Of a stretch of DNA of 64,000 bases, positions 14,316-26,952 are shown one piece after another. The notes beneath the pieces were generated by a model, which was given only the letters and a program-made list of their open reading frames with translations, ran no database searches and was not told where the DNA came from. The number at the start of each line of letters is the position of its first letter. Position 1 is the stretch's first letter. The stretch comes from Curvularia clavata (lineage: Eukaryota): positions 5,394,001-5,458,000 of the forward strand of contig CP089274.1 in assembly GCA_023920165.1 (NCBI GenBank), read 5' to 3'. The position numbers and the translations under genes were made by a program.

Positions 14316-15289
14316 ATGGGCTTCACCGACCTCGTTTCCGAAGCGGGCCTGACCCTCCTCAACAGCTACGTTAGGACGCGCTCCTACATTGTTGGGTAAG
14401 TTGCTACCCCACCATGCACTCTGTGCCTCTCTTTCCCCTACATTGCCTCCAATCCCTACCTGGCTTTCGAATGATGAGAACATTTGGTCCGTGTTAATGA
14501 GGCGGCTTAAGACCCCGCTATCTGAATACAAACCCAAGCGCTTGTCGCACCTCTGATTTAGTCGTCGTTATTGCTACTTGTCTCACGCATTTGGGGCGAG
14601 TCATCAGCTAACACGCAACAGCTACTCCCCATCGCAGGCCGATGTCAAGGTCTTCCAGCAGATCAAGGAGGTCCCCGCTCCTGAGAAGTACCCATACGCA
14701 TGGCGCTGGTACAACCACATCCTCACCTTCCAGGGCGAGTTCGACTCCCTTCCTGGTGACCCAACCAAGGAGTTCACTGCCTACGGCCCTGAATCCTCCG
14801 AGGTCACCCTGAACCCCGCCAAGGCTCCTGAGAAGGAGGCTGAGGATGACGACGACGAGATCGACCTGTTCGGCAGTGACGACGAGGAGGAGGATGCTGA
14901 GGCCGCCAGGATCAAGGAGGAGCGCCTGGCTGAGTACAACAAGAAGAAGGCTGGCAAGGTCAAGCCTGCTGCCAAGTCCATTGTCACTCTTGATGTTAAG
15001 CCATGGGGTATGTTCTTGAAACCAATCTCTGCCATGTTGACAATGCTAATAATTTCCAGATGACGAGACAAACATGGACGAGCTCAAGGCCAACGTTTTC
15101 GCCATCGAGAAGGATGGTCTTGTCTGGGGTGCCTCCAAGCTGGTTGCCGTCGGTTTCGGTATCAAGAAGCTCCAGATCAACTTGGTCGTCGAAGACGAGA
15201 AGGTTTCCCTGGACGAGCTCCAGCAACAGATCGAGGAGGACGAGGACCACGTCCAGTCCACCGATATCGTTGCCATGCAGAAGTTGTAG
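14316..15289 (+). CDS. EFB1: Translation elongation factor 1-beta (3 exons)
   Basis: Exons 14316-14395, 14622-15007 and 15060-15289 encode MGFTDL...TRSYIVG|YSPSQAD...RWYNHI, the acidic [30 protein letters not shown], and GFGIKKLQI...[12 protein letters not shown]. Confidence 0.97.
14468..14559 (+). ncRNA. snR18: Intronic box C/D snoRNA U18/snR18
   Basis: It lies inside the long (226 nt) EF-1beta intron 1. Box C ATGATGA is at 14471 and box D CTGA at 14553. The guide TTGGTCCGTGTT is complementary to the conserved LSU rRNA segment AACACGGACCAA and is followed by a D'-like ATGA. Yeast snR18 is known to be hosted in the EFB1 intron. Confidence 0.88.
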
Positions 15290-16294
15290 ACGACTTGCTG
15301 CCGCGCGCTTTGATGACTATTTGACGAGTTTGCATGATCATGACGGAGGGTTTGGGGCTCGGTTCACGGTTTGACGTCTTTATGAGCAGTCGCTAGACGA
15401 GAACCAAAAATAACGACCTGGTAGCGATACCACCTCCCACTGCGGGACAACGATACCCAAATTTGCCATTTGTATGTGCTGGTGACTGGACGGGCATTGT
15501 GTGAGGACCTTCGACCTGACATGCTTTGTGTGGTGTTGGTGCATGACGCCTCAAGAGATTTTCTATTCCTTTGTCTTCCACAAAAGGGAAGCATTGCAAG
15601 AGTGCATGAAACGAAGAGACGGGAATAGGCCGATGTATCCTTACTGACATGCGCTAACTTCTCCAAGCCTTAGCTGCCGAGCGCTGGACCCTTGATGCAA
15701 CGCCATAAGCGCTCACACTAAACCTCCTTTTCTAACCACTTGGATTCTACTAGCTGTCCGCTGAGATGCTCAACGTTCATTCTGACTGGCCTGTCTGAGC
15801 GTTTCGCCCAATCACCCAACGTTGCATGTTAAGCGCCTTCGCGCCACGGATCGTAGTAGCCACAGGCCAACTGTTGGCTATGGTGCTGCCTTGTTTCACA
15901 GTGCCGATCAGTTACCCCTGGCATTGCGGCATTGCACGCTCGCCAATGTGACTTGATTTAGATTCAGGCGTGAGACCCTGCCGCTCGATGATGCCATAGA
16001 ATGAGGCTGTGCGCAGCCGGGTAGTGTATGGCGGGTTTGGGCATCTTCCTTTCACCATCTTTACATTGTTTTTACGCTCTTTTCACGCTGTCCCTCTTTG
16101 TTAGCAATCTTTAATGACGCCGCACCATCACCTGGAGTTTTGAATCAACGCGCGTGTGCTGACAAAGTCGCACCTGTAAACTGTCTCACAATTGCGGCTG
16201 TGTCGCTCCACGCAACGACCTGCTTTCCTAGGCCTGAAAGCGCGAGGAGGGTTAAGAAATCGCCCAAGAAGAGAAAACACAGAAACAAGAAGCC

Positions 16295-17319
16295 ATGTCG
16301 TTCAACTGCTCTACCATCCCGGAGACGACAAGCACAGATGCTGGAGTCGCGGGTGCAGGCGTAAGTAACCTTCACTCTTCGCTTTCGCAACCAGGCATAC
16401 GCCCCAGGTCAAAATGCTAATATTTACACCCTCGCAGACCCTCTTGTCCTTTATAATCACCAATATTCTTTCCATTCTCCTTTCCGCCGCCATCATCCTC
16501 CTCGGCCTGCGAAAATCCACTTCAGCACCCATATCCCGCAAGTTGCTCCAGTCCTTCTCAGATCAGCAGATCCTCACAGGCATCGGGATCCAATCTGTAG
16601 GACTTGCCAAAATGAATACCATGGTTCCCTACCACTTCTTCATCATCTGGCTTCTCTCCCTCCTTTCCACCGCCACCAACCTCGCGACACTACTCGCTCT
16701 CGTCAACGACTTCAAGCGCGACTGGGTCCTCCGCTGGATACGCCAGTTCCTCATGTTCGTCAACATGTCCCTGGGCATCTTATCCGGCATCTTCATCCTG
16801 CAAACCGTGACAAAAAACATGTCGCCCAGACTCCCCATCGCATGTGTCTGGCAGGTCGAGAGCAAGGGATCTTCCGACAATGCCGCACTCAGTATCGCGG
16901 GCACTATCGCCGTCATCGCAGGCCAGGTCATCACTTTCGGCTTCGCAACTTGGTACCTGCACAACCGGTCCAATCCCAAGTGGCTCAAGACGGTGCAGGT
17001 AATCGGCCTCTTCACTTGTCTAGCCATGGGCATCGGCGCAACTGTCCGCGTCGTGTTGGAATCTCAGGCGTTCGGTTCGCCTCCTGAAGCGCTGCATTTG
17101 ACGGGCCCCAGTGAGGGCAATTGGAGCTTCGGCCAGTTGCTTCCATTGTTGCTGCTTGTGCTGCCTATTATCAATACAATTGAGATTGCGAGGGGTGAGG
17201 AGCTCAAGCCGAAGAGTAGGGTTGATGAGGATACGACGCCGCTTTTCGCAAATGGGAGCGATATGGAGTTTCAGCCAAACCCGCTAGTGGGGTCGGGGAA
17301 CACGCTGTTTAGGAAGTAG
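16295..17319 (+). CDS. Uncharacterised fungal multi-pass membrane protein (2 exons)
   Basis: Exon 1 (16295-16360) is MSFNCSTIPETTSTDAGVAGAG, followed by a GT-AG intron at 16361-16437. Exon 2 has about 6-7 hydrophobic segments and the motifs SDQQILTGI, YHF and WSFGQLLPLLLL, typical of a widespread fungal membrane family. Confidence 0.85.
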
Positions 17320-17978
17320 GAGATTTGGTTCTTATGATTTATAGACAGATACGAAATGCATTCTCAAAATTTGTTCTCATCTCTACTCGGGGTTCTTTTT
17401 TTTCCTTTTTTGTCACTTGGTAATCTATCGGCTCTGCGCACATCATGATGCGTGGGCTTTTTTTTTCAGACATTTTACAAACTTCAATGATATGAATATC
17501 AATTACGCGCGCTCAGAGCCACTACCGACGATGCTTCATTTTGCCTCACTATAAGCTCCACATGCGACCCCCCAGCTCAGCACACGCTCCCAAAATACAA
17601 CACACGTTTCTTCTCCTCTACGAGTAAACGCAACACACTCTGCTGCTTCCTCCATAATCAGCGGTGATAAAAGATGTCCTTGAATTACCCGCAGACGAAC
17701 GTCTAAACCCAAGTAAATTATTCGCACACAAGCAAGAACCACCGCCTAAGTCCACACAAGCACACCAATGACGCCTGTTTCTTGGTCCAGGCACGTCCTG
17801 TGTCTGTCTCTCCTATTTCATAGAGAAGACGGAACAAAGCACACGCCCAAGGGACCTTCCAGCTGAGCTTTTTCGTTCTCTCTTTCTCTGTCTAATACAA
17901 AAGAGAAGAATACAAGGAAAGAGCGAGTTAGGGATGATACAAAGACAAGGAGAGACGGAAAAAGGGAAAGGGTATATA

Positions 17979-20900
17979 CTACATATCCGTAATCATAGCT
18001 TGATCATCCTGGCGCTGCCCCTCGGTGACAATATCAAGAAGACGTGCGTATGGCACTGTGATGCGCTGTAGATCGCGATGTTTACCTGAGATATGAGTGT
18101 TAGCAACAGAACACTTTCAGAATAACGCATCCACACATAGTCAAGATACGACGATAAGGCAATTCAAAAACAAAGGGGTAAAACTTACCAAGAATCAAAA
18201 CAGCCTCCTTCAACAAGTCCTCTTTCTTCCAGCCGCAAATTTCCGAAGGCTCCTTGTTTGCATCATGTGCATCTTGTTGCTCTTCGGTCTTCTTGTCGTC
18301 ACCGTCCTCGTCTTCAGCGGTGATGAGATTGCCCACGAGACTTCGCAGAAGCTCCTCGATCTTGCCCTTGTGGCCTTCAGCACCAAGTCGCTTGACGTAC
18401 ATGGTAAAGTAAATCTTGTACTCTTCCTTCGCACCCAGTGTGCGAGCAGCAGCGACACGATTCTCGAGATGTGCCACGCTAGCGCTGCTCTCGAACGTCT
18501 CGTAGCCTTCTGCAGACACTAGTATCTTGATCAGTCGCTGAAGGTGGAAGGCACGGCCTTGTAGCAAGGATTGGTTGGTTGTGTTGCGCTCGAGAGCGGG
18601 TATGATGCCCGCTGAGATGTTTTCTGGAGAGACCTGGTCGTCCTTTTCCTTCGTGGCGGCCTTATCTTGTGACGAGCGGATGTTGCCGACAGAAGAATCT
18701 GTCGAATTCCAGTACTGACTGGTGACACCCCACCATGGCTCCGACAAGCGCTGCCAGATGTACATATCGGGATTGTATGCATATCCCTCGCCATTCGACA
18801 TGGCCACTGTTATCCGTCCGGCAGAGTTCAGGCGTGCGAACACGATACCAGGTGATCTCGTAAGGTGTGGTCCTTGAGCGTATGCTGCTATGTCGAGGAT
18901 AGGGGCCAAGGAAATAGGTGGATGGGGTGAAGACATGCTCTTCAAGTTCCAGACATAGCACATGCCAACTGCGGTTATACACATCAGCCACCAGCCACGA
19001 CAGTCCATGATGACCGGTTGAGCCTCGAGAATCATCGCGTTCAATGTCCGTCGACCTGCGGGTGTCCATGCATATACGGATCCATCCTCGCATGCTGCTG
19101 CGAAGAAGTTTGTATTGCCCGTCACTAGCAGCACGGCTTTCGGTAAAAAGTCCTGCCAAAGTGACTGTCCTTTACTGGTACATGTCAATCTTGTTGGGTC
19201 ATGGTCTTGCGGCCGTCCAGTCCGTGACGGACCGCTGGCGTTGCGCGCTTCTAGTATAACAGTGTCCGATATGTCTGCTTTTCCTGTGTTGGTATCAACA
19301 CCATTCTGCGGTGGTTCACTGCCATCCATAGTTCGCACGATTACGCTCCTGACCTTCGGTACCGCCAATCGCACCTGGGCCAGACTGAGCGATGGATTGA
19401 CGATGGCTGGTCTGAGGACTTTAGGCGGCTCCTGCGAGTCATTGTTCTTTGGTGGCGCAGCGGCGGGTGGTATGAGGCCATTCTCACTATTCAGCACGAT
19501 CGCCGCACCCCCAGGTTTTACAGAAGCAGCCAGCCTTCTCTCAACCTGCTTGTCTTCATCTCCTTCAATGTCAGCAAACTTCCTCTTGTTTCCAATAAGC
19601 AAAGTAGCTAGGCCACCCTTAGGGAAGCCGTCATACGGTTTTGACAAATCGAGGATGTTGTGCGGATTATCACTTCTGCCACTGGATGTCGTTGTGGCAG
19701 AAAGGAGTTGTGTCTTGGGTAGGGAAGATTCTCCAACGCCTGACGAAGATGACATCAACATGGGCGCTATCCGCTTCTTGCCATCTTTCGTGACCGTCAC
19801 TCTTTGCTTCAGCTTCTCTACTCGCTGATCTGCAGGTGGCTCTGCAGGAGCTGGTGGTTGTGCGGTGGCGGCGGCAGCGGCGGTGGATCCATTGGTGGTA
19901 GCGGTTGAGGAAGCAACGCCGTTCGTTCCGTTCGTGATCGTTGGTGGTTGTACTGCACCGCCATCACCCATAAGCGCACCCATTCTGCCTTGTACACCTT
20001 TCAGTTCCCCGCTCTTGCTGCTCTCTTCCAGAAGTAGTGCGTCGGTGCCCTCAATGATGCCGACCCTTCTGCCAGCACCAAACTTGGCGAGCGTCTTTTC
20101 ATTCTCTGCAAGAGTCGCAGGATATCCTAGCTCGCCTGCCTCGAACACGAGGGTCATGATACTGCCGTCCAAACTGGTTGCGTACAGTGTCTCCCCATCT
20201 GGGGACCATGCCAAGTCAGATATTGACTTTCCTGCTAGCTCTTGCGAAATCATAAACGGTCTGGGAAAGCTCGTGTTCCACACACTGAGACATTTGTCCT
20301 GGCCGGCGCATGCAACAATGGTCACGGTCGGCTGTGCAACAGTTCCATCTTTCTCTGGACGTGGTGGCTCCCTGTAGAACAGTCTTGGAGAAAACGAAGT
20401 GACCTCAACAGGCCCTTCATGCCCAACAAGACTGATGTCTCCATCCCACGATCCACGCGAAAGAATAGCGACTGAGCTAACTGGTCCATTTGTAGCGTTT
20501 GCGGCGGCAATATGAGCACCGTCTGGCGACCATGAGCAACGGCGGAAGTATGTGGTAAGTGGGGACGTTTGAAACGGCGCGGTGATTGTGTGATCCAAAA
20601 CGAAATTGTTGACCTGATCTTGCTGTGACGCATTTGGCGGTGGTGAGTTGAATCGGTAAATCTTGATGGTTCGGTCGTCGCTCGCAGTTGCAAAGTACTT
20701 GTTGGCCGGATCGAATGTTATGCCCTTGACATGACTCTGGTGGTTGGAGAGTGTCTTCAGCTTCTCAAAGGAATGACCTGACCAGACTACCACTTTCGAG
20801 TCCAAGCCTACTGAAACTAAAATGGAAGAGTCGAATGACCAGCCCAAATCTTGTACATCATTGTCGTGTCCGATAAGGCGGCGGATGACGCGCCAATTCT

Positions 20901-21459
20901 CGACGGGCGGGGGCTCGTTTGATCCTACAAGTCTGTCAGCTATTGCTCCTGCTCTCTGTACCATGTGTACCCACCAAACGCCGCGTGTGTAGGCGCATTC
21001 TTGTCAAGTGCATAGACACATACTATCTTGTCGTCTGCACCGGATGCAAGATATTTGCCGTTGGAAGAGAAGCGGACGGCGTGGATGGTGCCCGAATGAT
21101 GGCTTACGGCAGCGAGCTGCTTTGGTTTCGTGTATGTAGGATCGTTTGATTTGAGGATTGCTTCGGTAGACCACACGCGTACGTATCCGTCTGTATGATG
21201 TGTGTTAATTAAGTCAGTCCCAGAGAGCAGCGCATCGCGCGCCATAACTCCGAGTGGGTGAACGAACCTCCGGCAGCCGTGGCCAGGCGCGATCCATCTG
21301 GCGAAACGTGGCAACTGTATACTTCGAAATCCTTCTGTTCGCCTACAGGCACGGCCAATGTTAGCAAGATGGTGAGAGAACCCGATGAGGATACCACGGC
21401 TCATGTACATAAGTGAACGCACCGGGATGTGTTAGCCACTGTGGTTTGATGAGATGCAT
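17979..21459 (-). CDS. HIR1: Histone chaperone HIR1/HIRA (WD40 + B-motif + Hira domain)
   Basis: The N-terminus is MHLIKPQWLTHP|GEQKDFEVYSCHVSPDGSRLATA. WD40 repeats include GHDNDVQDLGWS and HVKGITFDPANKYFATASDDR. The B-domain QRVTVTKDGKKRIAP and the C-terminal AHLENR are present. The last exon reads KHRDLQRITVPYA...DM* and ends at 17979. Confidence 0.95.
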
Positions 21460-22194
21460 GGTCGCGTGAGGATTGCCAACAGCTCTAGCATGCTATTACG
21501 CGACCATGAAGGGGCAGAGTCTGGATGAGGGCGTGGTTGGGCAATGGCAGTCGAACTGCACGTCTCGATGGACCGCGACAGTTGTCTAGCGTTGGCGACG
21601 CGAACTCGCAGTCGACGCAGCTTGGCAGACGTTTTGGCAGGGGTTTAAGGTTTAGGTGCATGCGCCGATCGAAAGCGGGTATTAAACGAGCGGCGGGAAA
21701 GTTGGGGAAGTAGGTAAAGGCAAACTTGGAACAAAGTATCACATTTATATCTTTTGGGTGCTGTCTTATTGAATGAGATTGCTATGGAATACAACAGTCT
21801 GGTAGGCAGCCGTTCCTCGGTTGAGCGTAAAGTCGGCGCGCTCTTACCATCTCATGTTCTGATTGGCTATTGGGATTCCTCATGTTTGTTCCAAACTACC
21901 AACATCTGTAGTAGCCAGAGCCAGTCTCTCGTGCCTCAGCACAATCATCTCGCTAGTCCTCTGCCGCATCTCTGTGGTCGGGTTGGACTGGTATCGTTAC
22001 ACAGGCTCGACCGCCACCCAATTCATTTGAGCCAATGGTTCCTGGTGGTATTCCTACAAAGAGCGTCTCTTGTACTTTGATTATCGACGCTCCAGGAAAA
22101 CTGACGCCGAATAACGCGGGTATTTTGTAGGCCAAAGTTGGTAAGTAGGACTCTGAAGCATCAATCTGCATTACAAGTCGATGTTGAGCACCAT

Positions 22195-23083
22195 TCATTT
22201 CGCCTTCTTCCTCTTCTTGAAGACAACCGCCGGTGCAGCCGGTGCGTCCTCTTCTTCCTTCTTGACTTTGACCTCAGCAGCTTGAGCCTTGGCCTCTTCT
22301 GCAGTAGGTATGTCCTTGAGTGTTTTCGTGTCGGTGTCTTCGTCCACTTCTGCCTTTACACCATCGTCCTGCTCCTCCTTTTTCACCTCAGGCTGCGTCT
22401 CTGCAGCCGGCTTCTTCTTCCCAAATAAGCTCTCAATGTCGTCATCGCCGCCCTTGCTGCCTGGGAAGCTCTTGAATGTGTTTCCCCAACCCTTTTTCTT
22501 TGTAATCAACTCTCCGGCGGCTTTCTGCTCCTCTTCCTCCTCATCAAGTGGCCGCTTTCGCACGCCCTTGTTTAGAGCTGTCGCCTTGAATTCGCCGTCC
22601 TCGTTGACTTCTCCAATTACTTCCTCCGACACCGTCTTCCATTCCCCCGCTATCGCCAGGTCACCACGAGCAGCTGCAGGTATCGCAATACCCATAGCTG
22701 CTAGTTGTTCCCATTGTCGTTTTCTGTCTTCTACTGTCGCTTTCTTCTCAGGTCGCTTCTCGAATGTGGGCTTGCCGCCTACACCAGTCGCGACCGATGG
22801 ACCCGAAGCCGATGGCACAAGGCCATTTAGGCGTGCGACTTCTGCTTGTGCGCGCGCTTGGTTCCGTTTCTCAATCTCCTGCTCGCGATGAAGCCCTCTG
22901 AGACTGCGTTGGATGTTGCCTTGGTGGCGACCGGTCGCTTCGTGCTGCGCGCGTTCAAACTTGGTGTCTTTTACATAGATTGAGCAAAACTTGCACCAGT
23001 AGTTTGGCTAAAACAGCATTAGTTACTGATGCGCATGACATGTCTTCTGTTTTGCTTACTGTTGACTTCCAGTATTCGGCCAT
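22195..23083 (-). CDS. U1-type (matrin) zinc-finger protein, WBP4/FBP21-like splicing factor
   Basis: Exon 1 (23083-23060) is MAEYWKST. After one intron the protein continues PNYWCKFCSIYVKD...QHEATGRHQGN. The basic C-terminus is VVFKKRKKAK. Confidence 0.88.
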
Positions 23084-23471
23084 GATGAGTGCTGGGTGGA
23101 GACGGGGCCGTTACTGGAAAGTTGTCGGAGTTAAAGGTCCCTTGCGTGCACGGGCCATGCTCGGTGGTCCGCATTCTTCACCAGAATGTCCAAGAGTCAC
23201 CCTACAGTAAAGCCCAGTGTTTACGTTAATCGGCACGACTATGACTTGCAGCATTTATGTTTCCTTGGCGGGAGTAAAAAGAGAACCTGTTTTCAAAAAT
23301 TTCATACTCATGCTAAAAACCTCGGCAAATTCCAATCAAATGCTCCAGCGTGTATCCTTGCTGTAAAACCCGACAGCAGAGAACATGTCTATTTTCCAAT
23401 TCTATCCTGGACTCCACGCTGATATCACAAATTTCTGTAAATATTGACTGAGAGAAAAGCACAAGTCCATG

Positions 23472-25315
23472 CTAGAGTCCCACAGGATACTTCTCCCTAA
23501 TCACCTTGCCATAGCGATACAACAGCGCCGGCACGGGGATAAACCCCACAGCTATGAAGCCCAGAATACTATTTCTCCATCCCAAGCCTAGCGTCTCATA
23601 CATCCGCGGCCCAGCAAGCGGCAGCACAGCTCCAACTAGGCAGCGAAGAGCACTCATGCCAGCAACAGCAGATGCAGCATACTGAGGAAAACAGTCAATC
23701 ATGTAGGTCTGCAATGGAGCAAGGATTCCCATGAGTCCAAGGCCGAAAGGTGCGAGTGCTGCAACAGGAACAATCCAGTGAACGTGATATTGAGCAGTCC
23801 AGCCATGCCTACATATTCCCGTCAGTACGCAAAATAGAGATCCGTAGAGTGAGCAAAGTCTTACAGGAAGAAAGAGATGGGAATCATAAGCCCAAAGAAG
23901 ACGCATGTTGGCAATCGCATTTCCGGTTCGTAAACCCCATTGTTCTTTTTGGTAAGACGGATAATCGTTGTATCGCTAGTTTTGGCTACGAAAGCTAGGC
24001 CAATGCAGTTCCCAACACCAATCCCAAGGTACGCGAGACCTGTCATTTCGGGCGACCAGCCGTATGTATCGATGAAGACAGGTGTGACGCTGGTGAAGAG
24101 CATCATAAGAAGACCGAATAAAAATGACATGTATAGGGAGCAGAGAAAGACGATGGGCGACTTCACCATCATTTGCAGCGGGCGCGTGATGCCATTCCAA
24201 AAGATATTGCTGGCGCTCGCGGTTGTTTGGTCCTTCCCACAAGTCATGATGTTCTGTAGTTCAGGACGTTTGAGCTCGGTACGAAGGCGGAGCGTCTTGC
24301 GCTGGAGCAAAACGGGGTGGTACGTTTCGCAGCTGAAAGCGAAAAGACCGCTTATCAAGAGAACGCCCGCAATGAGGATAACACCCATATTCCAGCGCCA
24401 ACCGATTTGCTGTGCGATGAAGCCACCGGCAATAGGACCCAGAATTGGCCCAAACAGGATACCCATAGATAGGATACTCACTGCCAGTCCACGCTGTGTC
24501 GGTACGAACACGTCAGAAATGACGCCCGTCCCGATAGTAAGACAGGCACTGCCACCTACACCAGCAAGGAACCGCATGCTGATAAGGCCATCCAGGTTTG
24601 GTGCAAATGCACATCCGAAGGTAAAAGCGCACCATACGAGGCTCGAGAGGTTCAGCACCCAGTAGCGTCCGTAGATCTCGGAAAGCGGGCTGAGGAACAG
24701 AATTCCAACTGAGAAGCCAAGGACGTAGACACTGACAGTCAATGAGCCCAGAAGCTGAGATGTGTTTCCGAACTCCGCGTTGATAAAGGGTGTAGCGGGG
24801 GCAAAGATGGACGATGAAACTGGACTGAGGGTGGTGATGGCCGAAACCAGGCCCAGGAGCAGCCACTTCTTTGCTGTGGAAAAGTTGCGAGGGTTGGCGG
24901 GGTCATTTTGCGAGTCCCAGCCTACTAAATTGTTGTCCAAGTCAGAGAGAGGATACTCTTCTACGAAGATCTCGTTCTTCTGAATGTCCACTTCTGAGGA
25001 GGCGCCTTTTTCAATGTCACCCGTGTCATTAGTTGTGCTGATGTCGATTTTCTCAAGTTTCTAGATACTGTCAGTTTGTTGCTACATTGAGATGCATATT
25101 GGAATGATATTGAACAAGCCATTCCATGAAAACAACAAGATCTCGTTGGATATCAGGAAGCTGTGGTATAGTTGAATATCACGTACCTTTTCCTTAATCC
25201 GCTCGTCACCACTCTCCGAGTCCGAAATATACGTGACCGAGCTACCCGTCTCCGAGGCCACTGTCTCTGAGCCACTGCTAGAATGTGGTCGATTTTCTTC
25301 GGCAAAAGAAGCCAT
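23472..25315 (-). CDS. MFS transporter, DHA1 (drug:H+ antiporter) family (3 exons)
   Basis: Contains the motifs VGWDSQNDPANPRNFS..KKW, SPLSEIYGR, GPILGPIAGGFI, ETYHPVLL, PEMRL and YAASAVA, with about 12 hydrophobic segments. Two GT-AG introns restore a continuous frame. Confidence 0.9.
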
Positions 25316-26952
25316 ATTGATAAGTGGCTGCAGCACTCGCTATAACTTTTTCGATACCAAGTCCGGCAACGCCAATGCAATGCCAAATGACTCAAAATCG
25401 TACAGCAAATAGTTACAAAAGTAAACTAGACTGGAGAGTCATGTATCCACCACGGCCACGACCATTTTATATCCGAACCCATCAACCCACGGCCTCACTC
25501 TTCCATCCCAACTCGGTTCTCCCCGAGCACCTCCGAAAGATGCATACCCAGCATCAGAACCATATGCTGAGAGCTCCTTGCATGCAGTGAAGCAAACCAG
25601 GATCGAGCGAGCAAAACATGAACGGCGTTGACTCCGGGCGTGAGACAGCATCATGATACCGAGTTAGCAAAAGGTCCGTTCACCGACTTCCACCCCTCGC
25701 AAGCCCATCCTATCCAACCTCATCAGGCCATACGAACCGGTAGGGGCAAACTCTCCTAGCCTCTGGGCCAAACTGAACCAGCACTAGCTCCCTAATTGCC
25801 GGTGGACGTGTTTAGGATAGGTATGGGTTGTTTGGACCACCTCGGTAGAAACGAACACACCCCCAGCAATCACGGAAGCTACAAATAGGTGCTCCGAGGA
25901 GATGAACCCTTACATATGTATGTAACAGGCCATAACGTTGTCCAGAACGTGGCGAAAAAGCAGCAGGGGGTTCGGGGCCGCCGCATGACCCTAGAAGGTT
26001 GAATTGTTCTAGAAGATTGAATTACCCCAGGAAGGAGTGGCTTATGTGCTGTATTTTTCTGCGCAGCCTCACGCTATTCCTATTCAGAAACATCCTTGTT
26101 CGTCTAGAGATGACATTCTAAACTAAAACTACTCGATTAGGTAGATGTCATGCGGCTTACGTCCGCTGTGAATGTCACTGAGTCCCCCTTTTGATCATAG
26201 CACCTTATTGAAAACTTCCCCATCGCGCACGATAGTTAGCATGGGGAAAAGAGAGGGGAAAAAACAGTGGGTATGGTTCGGAACAATCGGGACATGCTTG
26301 TGCGAAGATAAACTTTGGGGTAAATTCCGTGAGATCTATTTACGACACGAGTCTGACAACCCTAATCGCACATCAAGCATCGGAAGCTTGTCTATGACAA
26401 TTATGACACACGCCTCGAGGCTAGTTGCACGCTCTCCAGGTGCTAAAGGGCCACCTATGTTGTTTCCAACACGCTCTGACATGCCGTGTGCACATTTCCG
26501 ATGGCATGGTCAACCCGTGTCGTCTGTTTTACTTGGAGCACCCATGCTCGGATATGTACAGTTTTGGCCAGATTCTGAATGGTTCATGTTCTAGAACTAC
26601 ACAACGGCTCAACGACGGCTATTCGTGTCTGGTGTTTGCACAAGCCCAAACAATCCCCGTCACAACAAGAGTCTGGATGTTCCAAGCTCAATTCAACTTT
26701 TTGATATGGGTAGGTCGTAACACGCCCAACATTACCCCCAATTTTATCCGCATGCCCGCCCGTCGTGATTCGACAGCACCCATGACACAAACACATAACG
26801 CATGAGAAGCATCGTTCTAAAGAGCTGTAAAACAGTAAACCAACAGCGCCAAAACAACAATCAGTGGTCCGCCCAACTCTTTTTGATACTGCACATTTTA
26901 TTAATTCAACAGAATAACCGGGCAATCCTTGCCTCTCTTCTTCAGGTGAACC

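Noticed and set aside
25388..25394. TGACTCA (Gcn4/CpcA-type site) near the MFS start
   Set aside because: It is a single 7-mer only ~70 nt from the ATG and also occurs in coding sequence elsewhere, so it is not distinguishable from chance.
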